Positions 31,282 to 42,227 are shown, counted from the first letter of the stretch. The stretch: DNA of 64,000 nucleotides from Aureliella sp. (GCA_963691875.1 OY829846.1:2400001-2464000), one strand, 5' to 3'. Numbers and translations: made by a program. The notes: a model not told the origin generated them from the letters alone.

Positions 31282-31860
31282 ATGGCCGCAATGGCTATTT
31301 CTTACTCGCAAGACGCCTTACGGCGATACAGCTCACTGAACAATTTTCTGAGCCAGCGGACAATACATACGCGCGAGGCGTTCTGGATCTTCTATCCGAT
31401 CGAGTTACGACGTCTGATGGAACTCCCAAGCGGTCCGATGTTGATTTACTGCGCTTTGTGGTGCAAGAATCAGTTGCCTGAAGATGCTTCATTTGAGTTT
31501 GATAAAAAATTGCGATCTCAGCTCCGACCCTTGCTCGGACCCCTAGAACATATTGAAGCAACGCAACGTCTCTTTCTATTCGACCGCGCCACAGAGACGT
31601 TTGAGGCGTATCACCCGAAAACTATGGAAAAAGCAGTGCTGCTCGAGCTCTGTAAACGAGGAGGTGAAGAAAACCTGTTTCAGTGGATATGGAGTCGCTC
31701 AATCCGCAATGTATTGACACCACAAGACTTGCCCAGAGCCCGATTCGCAAGCGCTATTGAGCTGGGCAAAGGCGTCGAGTATTTGCTGTCTTACCTTTGC
31801 CTGGCAAGCACCACGGAGAGCATGGCCGAGTTCGCCTTCCAACGTGCAGCGGCGAGTTGA
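31282..31860 (+). CDS. Hypothetical protein
   Basis: 192-aa ORF filling the gap after panC; no family recognised. Confidence 0.6.
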   Translation: MAAMAISYSQDALRRYSSLNNFLSQRTIHTREAFWIFYPIELRRLMELPSGPMLIYCALWCKNQLPEDASFEFDKKLRSQLRPLLGPLEHIEATQRLFLFDRATETFEAYHPKTMEKAVLLELCKRGGEENLFQWIWSRSIRNVLTPQDLPRARFASAIELGKGVEYLLSYLCLASTTESMAEFAFQRAAAS

Positions 31861-32278
31861 GGATTAGAACATGCGACACTGCAAGATCCCGAAACTCTAG
31901 ACTGAGAAGGCTTTCTCACTTCCGTTGAACTCGCCGCTCAACTAGCCCCGCGAGCTCGAAGCGACTTGCTGATGTCCTCATTCGGACTGTTGCAGCAGAT
32001 TAAGAAGTAGAACCCGAAGAGGTCTTCTTATCGCGAGCCCTTTGTTTGGAGCTAGGCTTTGGGTCAACCCACCTGCTGATCGGCCAACCGCTAAATCGCG
32101 GTAGCTAATGCTTGAAGCGGCTCGCGAGCATTGCGTGCTGATTGACCTCGGCACTATGCTGTGAAGTATACACCCAGAGTCTCAAGTGGCTTAGGCTCCA
32201 GTTTTCGGCATAGTCCCTTGGCATGTTCTTCCAACACTCCTAGCTTCCAACCGCTCGTCAGGTCACAATCACGCCTGT

Positions 32279-32500
32279 ATGTCCGACCAGAAACCGCCTG
32301 AACCCAATTTGCCGCCGCTGTTGCAGGCCAGCCGGTGCGCGGGCTGTGACAACCGTCGGTTGATCGAAAGTGGCAAAGGCTCTGTTTTCTTGCTCTGCGA
32401 AGTCGGATTGTCCGATCCTAGCTGGCCGAAGTACCCACCTCAGCCCGTCGGACAGTGCCCAAAGTTTTCTGAACGCATTTCTCCCCAAGTTGGCCGATAA
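32279..32500 (+). CDS. Small Cys-containing hypothetical protein
   Basis: CAGC...GSVFLLC...WPKYPPQPVGQC; four Cys, possible metal site. Confidence 0.65.
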   Translation: MSDQKPPEPNLPPLLQASRCAGCDNRRLIESGKGSVFLLCEVGLSDPSWPKYPPQPVGQCPKFSERISPQVGR

Positions 32501-32715
32501 CAAGAGCAGCTTTATAAGGGCATTTCTTGCTGATTGGGAGATGTTCTACCGGCGCTGCATTATGACTGCCTACTTTGCTGATTTATGTGAACTCTAGCCT
32601 GGCATAACCTCTCAGTCTCCTTCCGCTCCCTTCCCCCGCCATCAAGCACGCCCAGCCCGCAGCTATTTCTGCAAATTGCACTGGTCATCGATCATCGAGT
32701 AACGAAAATCGGGAC

Positions 32716-33810
32716 ATGTCCGAGTCTTCATCACTACCCGTTCTCGATTCTTCCTTGGCTGATGCACGGCCACATATGCTGGATCTCACCTCAGAGGAGC
32801 TCGCAAAATGGCTCAAAGATCAAGGCCAGCCCAAGTTTCGACTGAAACAAATCCAGGGCTGGATAACGCAACGCCGGGCGCAGTCCTTTGATGACATGAC
32901 GGATCTTTCCAAAGTGCTTCGGCAAAAGCTTTCGGAAAGTTTCAGGCTGTGGACGGCGAGCATTGCGGAGCACCAAAAGTCATCTGATGGCACCGAGAAA
33001 TTGCTCGTCGATCTCGCCGACGGGGGTCGCGTCGAGTGTGTTCTGCTCCGTGAAGAAGGTCGACGGTCGATCTGCGTGAGCAGCCAAGTCGGCTGTGCGA
33101 TGGGCTGTGTCTTCTGTGCCAGCGGGCTGGACGGCGTCGAGCGCAATTTGACTCGCGGTGAGATCCTCGAGCAAATGCTGCGACTGCAGCGACTGCTGCC
33201 AGAAGAAGAGCGGCTCAGCCACATCGTAATGATGGGCATGGGCGAACCACTCGCGAATCTGGATGCCGTTCTCGCAGCTCTCGAAGTCGCCAAAGATCCA
33301 GACGGTCTTGGTATCAGTCCCCGGCGTATCACGATCAGCACCGTCGGCTTGCCCAAAGCCATCGACAAACTCGCTCGTCACTCAACACCATTTCACCTAG
33401 CAATCAGCCTACATGCTCCGACGGATCCACTCCGAGACAGGTTGGTGCCCGTCAACGCAAAGATTGGCATCAACGACATCATGGCTGCTGCCGATCGCTA
33501 CTTCGATGCAACGGGAAGACGCCTTACTTTCGAGTACGTTTTGCTGGCCGGGATCAACGACAGCGAAGTCTGCGCCAAGCAACTGGTAGGAGTCCTGCGA
33601 GGACGCGTGAGTATGCTGAACGTGATTCCTTACAACCAAGTTGCTGGTTTGCCCTACGAGACACCGGACTCGGATGCGGTTCACACGTTCCGCGATATCT
33701 TGATTCAAGGCGGGATCAACGTGATGTTCCGACAGCGAAAAGGCGACGGCATCGATGCTGCTTGCGGCCAATTACGACGCAAACGTGAGTTAATCGACAG
33801 CAAGCAGTAG
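32716..33810 (+). CDS. rlmN: 23S rRNA (adenine2503-C2)/tRNA methyltransferase, radical SAM
   Basis: CVSSQVGCAMGCVFCA, MGMGEP, ISLHA, FEYVLL, DAACGQL. Confidence 0.96.
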   Translation: MSESSSLPVLDSSLADARPHMLDLTSEELAKWLKDQGQPKFRLKQIQGWITQRRAQSFDDMTDLSKVLRQKLSESFRLWTASIAEHQKSSDGTEKLLVDLADGGRVECVLLREEGRRSICVSSQVGCAMGCVFCASGLDGVERNLTRGEILEQMLRLQRLLPEEERLSHIVMMGMGEPLANLDAVLAALEVAKDPDGLGISPRRITISTVGLPKAIDKLARHSTPFHLAISLHAPTDPLRDRLVPVNAKIGINDIMAAADRYFDATGRRLTFEYVLLAGINDSEVCAKQLVGVLRGRVSMLNVIPYNQVAGLPYETPDSDAVHTFRDILIQGGINVMFRQRKGDGIDAACGQLRRKRELIDSKQ

Positions 33811-33887
33811 GGCCGACACTCCTGTAAGTGAGCCTTAATGGCGTCAGCCGCCGGGCTCGCTCCCGCATTGATCCCGTTCGCATCTCA

Positions 33888-33937
33888 CCCAACGCTTTAG
33901 CGAGGACAACCAGCCGTCGACTCGCTGACGTCTTGGG
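33888..33937. repeat. Imperfect inverted repeat (REP-like) between convergent rlmN and ACT genes
   Basis: CCCAACGCTTTAGCGAG ... CTCGCTGACGTCTTGGG arms. Confidence 0.5.
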
Positions 33938-33959
33938 ATAATGGAAGCTCGCTGCCTCC

Positions 33960-34361
33960 CTACCCAGCCGACGCCAAGAAGGGCTCGAGTAATTCGCGTG
34001 CCTTTTCATCATTGTCCGTGGACATGATGACAATGGCCCAGCCGTTGTCGCGACGAGCAAAACGCATCGAACGAATGTTGATGCCAGGCTCCTTGAGGTT
34101 TCTTGACAGACGGGCCAACGCACCAGGCTCATCCTTGATCTTCAGTACGATCAGATCTTCTCCAATCGCGTGATAGCCGGCCTCAGAAAGTGCTCGAAGA
34201 GCCACTGCATAGGGATCGGCCTGCAACACCACGACGCAATGCGAACCATCATCATTGGCATCGCACGCTGTGATGTTGGCATTCACCTCCGCCAAGACTT
34301 CGGCGATCGCAGCCAAAGTGCCGGCTTGCCCAGGTGCAGTAATAAGCGTGATTTGCTTCAT
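33960..34361 (-). CDS. Tandem ACT-domain protein
   Basis: GTLAAIAEVLAEVNANI and DEPGALARLSRNLKEPGINIRS; ATGA overlap with the upstream decarboxylase stop. Confidence 0.88.
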   Translation of the reverse strand: MKQITLITAPGQAGTLAAIAEVLAEVNANITACDANDDGSHCVVVLQADPYAVALRALSEAGYHAIGEDLIVLKIKDEPGALARLSRNLKEPGINIRSMRFARRDNGWAIVIMSTDNDEKARELLEPFLASAG

Positions 34362-35572
34362 GACCCTTCACCTGCACTGGCAATCTCTGCTACGACTTTG
34401 TCTACCATCTCTGTCGTCACATGCGGCATCGTGATGATATGAGCAATCGACTCACTCGGTGCGATTTGCCAACGCTGAATCACACTCTTTGCCGGTCGAG
34501 GAAAAACGACGGTAATGGAATTCGGATGCCGCCAAGCCCTGACGCCATACTCTGCAAACTTTTCAATCGCGTAATCAGCTAACGCGAGACTGTATTGCAT
34601 TCGAGCCCGAAAACCCTCCTCACCCCAACGCTGAATCGCCAACCACAGAATGATCGGAGTAATCGCATTCCGACTTCCTGCGATCGTCGTATCACTGCAT
34701 CCCACATACTCGACCGACTGAGCAACTCGATCTACGTTTGCCCGTTTGGCAAGCACCACACCACAAGGCATAGGACTGCCGATGAACTTGTGACCGGAAA
34801 CCGAGACAGAATCGAGCCCCGAGTCAAACGCGAATGGCTGTGGGTTGTCGACCCATGGCAACAACATGCCACTGAGTGCCGCGTCGGCATGCAAGTAGTA
34901 GCGTGAGATTGCAAACGACTTGAGGATGTCGCGAATACGATCCAAGTTGTCGACCGCACCATGCATCGTCGTGCCGATGTTCGCCAGGATGATCGGCGGC
35001 ACGTCACGGTGCAACTCAATCGTCGCCTTGAGATCTTCGTAGTCAATCTCACCGTTTTCCTGCCCACGGATCATGATGCTGCGGGCACCCAGCACGCGAA
35101 CCAGTTTTGCTGCTGAATAGTGCGTATGCTCGGAAAAATAAATGATGCCATTCGGAAAGGCTTCGCGAGCCAAATAGAGCCCGTACAGATTTCCCTCGGT
35201 GCCACCTGCGGTCATGTAGCCCCAAGTGCTATCTCGATTGGCCCGTAAATGCTTTCGAAAGAAGCCGACGACCTCACGCTCGAATTCGAAAGTGTTTTCG
35301 CGGTAGATCGACTCGGCGAACGGATCACCCACGTTATTCACCGCATACTCCAAGAGAGGCATGATCTCGCGGTGGTTGTAGTCTTGGGCGCACGGATACC
35401 CAATAAAGCTATCGGAAAGATGCGAGAGTTCCCCTAGCAAACTTTGCAGGCGCTCGGCTGCCGCGGGACGAAGCTTTGGCATCTGCGGCGGCAGCAATGC
35501 GGGCTTGACGGGTGTTTGTTGATCCAACACGGCAGTTATTACCAAGTTAGAGTGTCTAGAGTGTCGCGACAA
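34358..35572 (-). CDS. hdc: PLP-dependent group II decarboxylase, histidine decarboxylase family (start may be ATG 35482)
   Basis: FIGYP, NNVGDPF, GGTEGNLYG, HADAALSG, SGHKFIGSPMPCG (PLP Lys), GSRN. Confidence 0.85.
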   Translation of the reverse strand: MSRHSRHSNLVITAVLDQQTPVKPALLPPQMPKLRPAAAERLQSLLGELSHLSDSFIGYPCAQDYNHREIMPLLEYAVNNVGDPFAESIYRENTFEFEREVVGFFRKHLRANRDSTWGYMTAGGTEGNLYGLYLAREAFPNGIIYFSEHTHYSAAKLVRVLGARSIMIRGQENGEIDYEDLKATIELHRDVPPIILANIGTTMHGAVDNLDRIRDILKSFAISRYYLHADAALSGMLLPWVDNPQPFAFDSGLDSVSVSGHKFIGSPMPCGVVLAKRANVDRVAQSVEYVGCSDTTIAGSRNAITPIILWLAIQRWGEEGFRARMQYSLALADYAIEKFAEYGVRAWRHPNSITVVFPRPAKSVIQRWQIAPSESIAHIITMPHVTTEMVDKVVAEIASAGEGS

Positions 35573-35726
35573 AAAACAATCTCGACGGGGGCGTCCGAAA
35601 CTATCCGGATTTGAACGTTTCCGTCAAGGCAAAATCTCCGAGCCAACATTTTCGGTATCCGCATAATTGCGTGATGCATAACCGTAGTTGCCTACTTGCT
35701 TAGCCGTATTGTGTGGCAACAGCTTG

Positions 35727-36254
35727 TCATCCTGATCTCTTGCTTGCCACCCTGCGCGTCATCGAAGAACACGTCTCATCTAAAGCTTTTTTGATCAACA
35801 TCCACTCACTTGGTGCGTCATGTAGCCTAAAGCCAGTGCAAGCTGAGAACACTTTTTTACACTGCGAAGCCAGTGCCATACATGTCTTGGCCAATTCCGT
35901 TACACCGAATGGCTGAGCGAAAACCCACGCCCGAGAGCACTTACTGCGAAGCTCGTCGATTCTGGTGCTGTAGTTTGCTTTTCGTTGTTCGGGGTATTTC
36001 CACCACACCCGAGGTGGATTGACGGTCATGAAATCGATGGCCGCGAGAAATACCTCGAGGACGCAAGGATCGTGGAAAGTCCTCGTTTCATGATTGAGTC
36101 GCTGATAGACCGCGACCGGGTCGACTCCAATCAAGTCCCGCGGTGATGTTATCCCCAACAGGCAGGAATCCTCGGTGATCACGAGCTCTGCAGTGCAAAC
36201 CTTACTTAGTTTTCGGATTTCCGATCTCGGCGTTGCATGCGTAGCTTTTGGCAT
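35727..36254 (-). pseudogene. Degenerate Cdd1/mitomycin-resistance-type helix-hairpin-helix protein
   Basis: LLGITSPRDLIGVDP...HDPCVLEVFLAA...WWKY core; N-terminal HhH motif eroded; a ~65-aa tail that does not look like the family follows the core. Confidence 0.55.
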
Positions 36255-36591
36255 TGGAATGTGCTCGTTTGCGTAGCGTTGAGAGTGTTCAAGACTCTCG
36301 GCCCTAGGTCACCCACAGCTTTGGAACGCCGGCAGAGTGTTTGACCTGGGCCAACCGACTTCGGTACCCTGTAGCAGCAGCCCCAACCTTGTGAAGATTT
36401 GATGAATTGAAAGGCCCTCAAAGCCCGGTTCCGACCACCTCATCAACACATGTGGCCTATCAGCGTGGAAAAAGGCAACCTGGCATTTACCGGGGTTCTT
36501 GTGTGAATCCAATCCGTGGATTAGCTTTTCGCAAGATTGCCAAGGGCGATGTTACAAAAGCCAACCTCATTTTTGACCGGAGCATCACAAG

Positions 36592-37680
36592 GTGTCCAAA
36601 CAGCGTTCGTTCCGCTCTCCTTCTGCCAAACTTACGGCCCTAATTCTGGCTGCTACATTGCTCGCCGGCTGCGGTGGCAAAGACAAAGAAAACGTTGAAT
36701 CTGCCGGGGGTGCTGGAGCAGCCTCGGGAGAACCCGTCAAACTACTCGGTTCAGGTGCTAGCTTTCCTGATCCGCTATACCAAAAGTGGTTTAAGGATTT
36801 TTCTGCATCGAACCCAGATGTTCGAATTGACTATCAAGCGAAGGGCAGTGGGGCTGGAATTAAAGACTTCACCGCCAAGCTCGTAAACTTTGGCGCCAGC
36901 GATGCAGCGATGAAGGACGAAGAGATCGCTAAGGTGGAAGCAGGTGTTCAGATGCTGCCTATGACGGCCGGCGAAGTCGTTCTGGCCTACAACCTGAAGG
37001 GCGTCGAAAACCTCAACCTCTCACGCGCAGCCTACATTGGCATCTTCGATGGCACCGTCAAGAAGTGGAACGATCCCAAAATCGTAGAAGCCAATCCAGG
37101 CGTCACGCTTCCCGACCAAGAGATCACTGTCGTCACACGAGCCGACAGCAGCGGAACAACTTTCGTTTTCACTCAGCACTTGAGCGCTCTGAGTGAAGCA
37201 TGGAAGAACGGCCCAGGCACTGGTAAAAAGTTGGACTGGCCCGAAAGCCGGATGATCGCGTCTCCAAAGAATGACGGAGTGACCGCCAGCATTAAGCAGA
37301 CAGAAGGTGCGATCGGCTACATCGAGTACGGCTTTGCGAAGTTCTCGAAGCTGCCCATGGCTTCGCTCGAAAACAAAGCTGGCAAGTACATCGCACCTGG
37401 CCTCGAAAGCGGACAGGCTGCTTTGGCAGGTGTGAAAATGCCTGAGAACTTGCGAGCTTGGCTGCCGGACCCAGAGGCCGAAGCGGCTTATCCAATCGTT
37501 ACTTATACTTGGCTGCTCTGCTACCAGAAGTACGAAGATCCGGCGGTTGCAGAGACCCTGAAGAAAGTCGTAGAATACTGCTTGACCGAGGGTCAAAAGG
37601 TCAGCGACGAAATGGGCTATATCCCTTTGCCTGAAAACGTCGTTGAGACCGTACGCGGCGCACTGGCCAACATCAAGTAG
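36592..37680 (+). CDS. pstS: Phosphate ABC transporter substrate-binding lipoprotein
   Basis: Lipobox LLAGC, GSGASFP, GSGAG, FGASD, RADSSGTT, GAIGYIE, YPI. Confidence 0.97.
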   Translation: MSKQRSFRSPSAKLTALILAATLLAGCGGKDKENVESAGGAGAASGEPVKLLGSGASFPDPLYQKWFKDFSASNPDVRIDYQAKGSGAGIKDFTAKLVNFGASDAAMKDEEIAKVEAGVQMLPMTAGEVVLAYNLKGVENLNLSRAAYIGIFDGTVKKWNDPKIVEANPGVTLPDQEITVVTRADSSGTTFVFTQHLSALSEAWKNGPGTGKKLDWPESRMIASPKNDGVTASIKQTEGAIGYIEYGFAKFSKLPMASLENKAGKYIAPGLESGQAALAGVKMPENLRAWLPDPEAEAAYPIVTYTWLLCYQKYEDPAVAETLKKVVEYCLTEGQKVSDEMGYIPLPENVVETVRGALANIK

Positions 37681-37719
37681 TCCATCTGCCAACCGCGCTA
37701 GCGATTAGGCAAAGACAAG

Positions 37720-38736
37720 ATGAACTCAGCACATTCAAGTGCTCCCAAAAATTCGCAGCCCTCTTCGGCCGAAGAGGGCTCGTCTTCTCATTCGGTCGCA
37801 GTTCCGCCCTCATCGTTCGATCTCTGGACGAATTTTCTTTTCCGCGGCGCATGTCAGCTCTTTGCATGGCTCACCATTGCACTTCTGGCTTTCATCTTCA
37901 TCCTGCTCGTAGTGAAAGCGAAGCCCGCGGTAGAAGACTATGGGCTGGGACTCTTGATCGGAACGACCTGGAATCCCAACTCGGATCCACCGAAATACGG
38001 AATCTTGCCACAGATTTGGGGGACTTTGTATAGCTCGTTATTGGCGTTGGGTATCGCAGGATTTTTTGGCATCTCCATCGCCATCTATCTCACGCAGGAT
38101 TTTCTACCAACGTGGTTAGAGTGGCTTTTCAAGAACATCATCGAGTTGCTCGCTGCGATTCCTAGCGTTGTTTACGGGCTCTGGGGCATTTTTGTGGTTA
38201 TTCCATTCATCAAGCCCGCGTGCAACTGGCTGCATGAGAGTTTTGGTTGGTTCCCCCTGTTCTCCACGTCACTGATCGGGCCTGGAATGTTTCCCGCCAC
38301 CTTGGTGCTGGCAATCATGATCTTACCGACCGTAACGGCAGTCTCGCGGGACGCGCTGGTTTCAGTTCCAACGAAGATTCGTGAAGCCGCCTTTGGCCTC
38401 GGTGCCACGCGTTGGGAAGTGATCCTCAAAGTCATTTTGCCGACGGCCGGAACCGGCATCTTTGGTGCGTTGGTTCTGGGGCTTGGGCGTGCTCTCGGCG
38501 AGACCATGGCTTTGGCCATGTTAGTTGGATCGTCGAACAAACTTAGCTGGTCGCTGTTCTCGCCCGCCGATACCCTGGCTGCACTTCTTGCGAACAATTT
38601 CAATGAAGCAGGCGAAGTCGAAGTTGGAGTGTTGCTCTATGCCGCCTTGGTATTAATGGCCCTAACACTGAGCGTGAACATGGCCGGAACCGCACTGGTG
38701 CGCAGAGCGCTCGCGAACTTGGAGGGCACGAAATGA
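37720..38736 (+). CDS. pstC: Phosphate ABC transporter permease
   Basis: ELLAAIPSVVYGLWG, EAAFGLGATRWE, GRALGETMA. Confidence 0.96.
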   Translation: MNSAHSSAPKNSQPSSAEEGSSSHSVAVPPSSFDLWTNFLFRGACQLFAWLTIALLAFIFILLVVKAKPAVEDYGLGLLIGTTWNPNSDPPKYGILPQIWGTLYSSLLALGIAGFFGISIAIYLTQDFLPTWLEWLFKNIIELLAAIPSVVYGLWGIFVVIPFIKPACNWLHESFGWFPLFSTSLIGPGMFPATLVLAIMILPTVTAVSRDALVSVPTKIREAAFGLGATRWEVILKVILPTAGTGIFGALVLGLGRALGETMALAMLVGSSNKLSWSLFSPADTLAALLANNFNEAGEVEVGVLLYAALVLMALTLSVNMAGTALVRRALANLEGTK

Positions 38737-39650
38737 CTTCTCCGGACTCGCAAAGCTCACAGGGTGCTGAAGACCAACCTTTGGATCTCAACCGCAACTT
38801 CCGCGATCGTCGGACGCTGACCAGCATCGCGCTCAGTACTCTGACGACGGTCGTAACGATCTTAGCCTGTATCCCATTGTTTTCCGTGTTAGCAATGCTC
38901 GCTTGGCGTGGCGGCAAACGGCTGAACTGGGCCATCTTCACCGAAACGCCCCCCACGGGCTTTGAGACGGGCGGAGGTTTCGGTAATGCGATCATGGGAA
39001 CGCTTGTAATGGTTGGTATCGCCGCAGTGATGAGCGTTCCCTTTGGAATCCTCGCGGCTATTTTCCTTGCCGAGCTTGGCCCCAAGAGCAAGACAGCCAC
39101 GGTGGTCCGATTCTGCATTAAGGTGCTGTCTGGTTTTCCATCGATTTTGGCGGGGGTTTTCGTCTACGCAACGATCGTGCTCGCCATGGGCTATTCTGCC
39201 TTCGCTGGTAGTATAGCGTTGTCGGTTTTGATGCTTCCCATTGTAGTCTTGACGGCAGAAGAAGCGATGAAGATGGTCCCCGCTAGAATGAAAGAAGCTG
39301 CTGCCGGAATGGGCTGCACTCGAACGCAAGTCGTTTGGAAAATAGTGCTCCCAACCGCACTTCCTGGAATGTTGACCGGGGTGATGTTAGCTGTTGCACG
39401 AGCCGCCGGTGAAACGGCTCCACTGCTGTTTACCGCGATGTCGAGTCCGCAATACTGGATCTTCGAAGATGGTAAGTTGAAGCTGGATGAACCAGCCTCG
39501 TCACTGGCGGTTTTGATATTTAACCTATCCAGTTCACCCTATGATAACTTGCTTGAACTGGCGTGGGCGGCGGCCTTGGTGCTCGTCCTGATCGTCCTGT
39601 TTTTCAATATTGTCGGGCAAGTTTTATCCCGCCGTAAATTCAAGACCTAA
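38733..39650 (+). CDS. pstA: Phosphate ABC transporter permease
   Basis: PSILAG, EAA motif, ARAAGETAPLLFT; ATGA overlap with pstC. Confidence 0.96.
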   Translation: MTSPDSQSSQGAEDQPLDLNRNFRDRRTLTSIALSTLTTVVTILACIPLFSVLAMLAWRGGKRLNWAIFTETPPTGFETGGGFGNAIMGTLVMVGIAAVMSVPFGILAAIFLAELGPKSKTATVVRFCIKVLSGFPSILAGVFVYATIVLAMGYSAFAGSIALSVLMLPIVVLTAEEAMKMVPARMKEAAAGMGCTRTQVVWKIVLPTALPGMLTGVMLAVARAAGETAPLLFTAMSSPQYWIFEDGKLKLDEPASSLAVLIFNLSSSPYDNLLELAWAAALVLVLIVLFFNIVGQVLSRRKFKT

Positions 39651-39688
39651 ACGCACGCACGCATTGACTTTTACCCTACAGAACTGAG

Positions 39689-40516
39689 ATGAGCCAAGCC
39701 GCAGAGCCCAGCACTGGCCAGACTGAAAACGAAGCCACGGATCGGCAGGTCGTTATTGACTGCTCGATGCAAAAGCTGTTTTACGGCTCCTTTCTGGCAG
39801 TGCGTGACAGCCGAATCCAGATACACAAGGGCGAGATCACTGCCTTCATCGGTCCATCCGGTTGCGGCAAGAGCACTGCTCTAAGATGCATCAATCGCAT
39901 GAACGATCTCATCCCGAGCTTTCGATTCGAAGGACATGTACACTTCCGTGGCGAAGACATTTACGCTCCAAGTGTCGATCCCGTTCGAGTGCGTCGCTAC
40001 ATTGGCATGGTCTTTCAGCAGCCCAATCCTTTTGCAATGAGCATCTACAAGAACGTTGCGTTCGGATTGAAGCTCAACCGAGTCAAAGATGATGTCCCCG
40101 GCCGAGTCGAGAAGGCCCTGCGCGGCGCGGCTTTGTGGGACGAGGTGAAAGACAAGTTAAATCAGAGTGGCCTTTCACTGTCAGGGGGTCAGCAACAGCG
40201 ACTTTGCATTGCCAGAGCCATTGCCACTGAACCCGAAGTCTTGCTGATGGACGAGCCATGCTCGGCATTAGACCCAATTGCCACACGCAAGATCGAAGAA
40301 TTGATGCAAGAGCTGAAGCAGCGATACACCATCGCTATTGTGACGCACAATCTCCAACAAGCCCAGCGTGTGGCCGATCGTACTGCCTTTATGTACGTCG
40401 ACTCTAGTCAGGGCGGCCGGACCGGCTACTTGGTGGAATACGCTCCCACGCGACAGATGTTTGAAGATCCGAAAGAAGAATACACTCGCCAATACATCAG
40501 AGGCGAATTTAGCTAA
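39689..40516 (+). CDS. pstB: Phosphate ABC transporter ATP-binding protein
   Basis: [41 protein letters not shown]. Confidence 0.97.
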   Translation: MSQAAEPSTGQTENEATDRQVVIDCSMQKLFYGSFLAVRDSRIQIHKGEITAFIGPSGCGKSTALRCINRMNDLIPSFRFEGHVHFRGEDIYAPSVDPVRVRRYIGMVFQQPNPFAMSIYKNVAFGLKLNRVKDDVPGRVEKALRGAALWDEVKDKLNQSGLSLSGGQQQRLCIARAIATEPEVLLMDEPCSALDPIATRKIEELMQELKQRYTIAIVTHNLQQAQRVADRTAFMYVDSSQGGRTGYLVEYAPTRQMFEDPKEEYTRQYIRGEFS

Positions 40517-40831
40517 GCTAACTGCCCTCGCTTGCAGGCCGGCTTACAGGTGAGAAGCCCCACAAGATCGAGTACGGCAAGTACGATGCTTCGATTACAA
40601 TCCAAGGCTTGCACAAAAAGAAGTCCCCCATCCGCATGAGATTCGGCAAGCCCTCGAAAGGCGACTCGGCGGATCAAACGCAGATTGGTATTGCTGAGCA
40701 CTCAAAAGAAAAGCAGTGAAGCACTGTTGGCGTAATCGCTAGCAACCCGTCACTTTGCAATCACTTCCATCGTAGACTTTCTCAGCAACATCTTTGCCGC
40801 AAGCGCCAAAATCTTTGGTCGGCCATTCATA

Positions 40832-41962
40832 CTAGCGTGTTTCCGGCAACTGGTCCAACTCCAGTTCGGTTGACAATGGTGCGAAATAGTGTGCCACGTC
40901 GCCAGGAGTTACTTCCATCAGACTGCTTGGTTGCCACTTCGGGTTTTGGTCTTTGTCGACAAGAACGGCGCGGACGCCTTCGAAAAAGTCAGCCCCACGC
41001 ATACAGGCTTGACTAACGCGGTACTCCATCTTTAGGCATTCATCGAGCGACAGACTCTCGCCGCGTCGGAGCAACTCACAAGTCAATCTCAAGCTGGTTG
41101 GCGAGCGTTTTTTTAGTTTTGCCAGGCATTCTCTTGCTGCTTCGGACAATTTCGCGGAGCCACTTGCCTCAATTCTTTGCAGGGATTGCAAGCACTCTTC
41201 TAGCTCATCCGATGCGAAGCATTGCTCGGCGATTTCTCGGTCGATGCGATAGACTTGACGACTTTCTTCGGTGCCTAGATTCTCGGTTGTGCTGGGCTTC
41301 GCAGGATCAATCTCACGTACACCCGCAGCAGCCCATGCAGATTGCCAGTCTACCGATTCGAGAATTGTCATCCATTTCGAACCTTCGCTACGAGGCAGAA
41401 AGTGTGTGGCCCAGCCAAGATTCGCGGCGTAGTAGCCATCGAACGTCTTGCCCGTAAGCGCGAGCAAACGACCGATCGGCCCGCACTGATTGAAAAAGAA
41501 GCTGGCTCCTACATCTGGCACAAAGCCAATGGCCGTTTCTGGCATCGCCATTCGAGTAAACTCGGACGCAATGCGATGGGATCCATGCAGGGAGATTCCG
41601 ACCCCGGTTCCCATCGTGATCCCGTCCAAGTAAGCAACATAAGGCTTGGAGTAGGATGCAATAAGCGATACGAGTTCGTATTCGTGTCGAAACAGTTCTG
41701 CCGAAACAGTCCCCGGCCCTATGCCTTGCTCTTTGCCCGATTGATAGACACTCTTCACATCACCGCCAGCGCAGAATGCCCGATCTGCTTTTCCCGTCAC
41801 TAATACGGCGTCAACCTGCTCATCATCCTGCCAAGCGAGCAGCTGATTTCGCATCGCCTTCGCCACATTCAGGTTTACTGCATTGAGTGCTTTGGGGCGG
41901 TTCAGTGTCAACCGTCCAACTCGGCCAACGATGTAAATCTCAAGCTCGGAAATGTCCTGCAT
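40832..41962 (-). CDS. 3-hydroxyisobutyryl-CoA hydrolase-like enoyl-CoA hydratase/isomerase
   Basis: LNRPKALNA, AFCAGGD, DGITMG, AMPETAIGFVPDVG, DFFEGVRAVLVDKD..PKW. Start placed at MQDISEL (41962). Confidence 0.92.
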   Translation of the reverse strand: MQDISELEIYIVGRVGRLTLNRPKALNAVNLNVAKAMRNQLLAWQDDEQVDAVLVTGKADRAFCAGGDVKSVYQSGKEQGIGPGTVSAELFRHEYELVSLIASYSKPYVAYLDGITMGTGVGISLHGSHRIASEFTRMAMPETAIGFVPDVGASFFFNQCGPIGRLLALTGKTFDGYYAANLGWATHFLPRSEGSKWMTILESVDWQSAWAAAGVREIDPAKPSTTENLGTEESRQVYRIDREIAEQCFASDELEECLQSLQRIEASGSAKLSEAARECLAKLKKRSPTSLRLTCELLRRGESLSLDECLKMEYRVSQACMRGADFFEGVRAVLVDKDQNPKWQPSSLMEVTPGDVAHYFAPLSTELELDQLPETR

Positions 41963-42194
41963 AAAACTGGATTCTTGATTTTCGCGAAGAAGTCTCAGGA
42001 AAGCGGAAAGTCTTTTCCAAGTATCTAACCACAGTTTCCCTTCGTTAGTCTGCAATGGCAATGCTTGCCGTGAAGTGCGGACCAAGTCGAAACTTGCATG
42101 AAGGTGCTTCCCAGCCCCTGGCGGTGCAGTTCGGACAACTGGTCTATAACCTTGCCTACGAGTATTCACTCCAATCGGCCGAAGCTTTAGCTTC

Positions 42195-42227
42195 CATCTT
42201 TTCCGCGCGCCTACGGCGGAAAAGATG
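42195..42227. other. Perfect 12-bp hairpin overlapping the start of the HlyD remnant
   Basis: CATCTTTTCCGC-9 nt-GCGGAAAAGATG. Confidence 0.6.

Noticed and set aside
36500..36591. Pho box upstream of pstS
   Set aside because: Only weak partial matches (TGTTACA, CCAACCT); no convincing 11-bp direct repeat.
37021..37692. 223-aa antisense ORF
   Set aside because: Shadow of pstS.
41963..42169. N-terminal extension of the enoyl-CoA hydratase ORF
   Set aside because: Family similarity begins at MQDISEL (41962); the extension looks non-coding.
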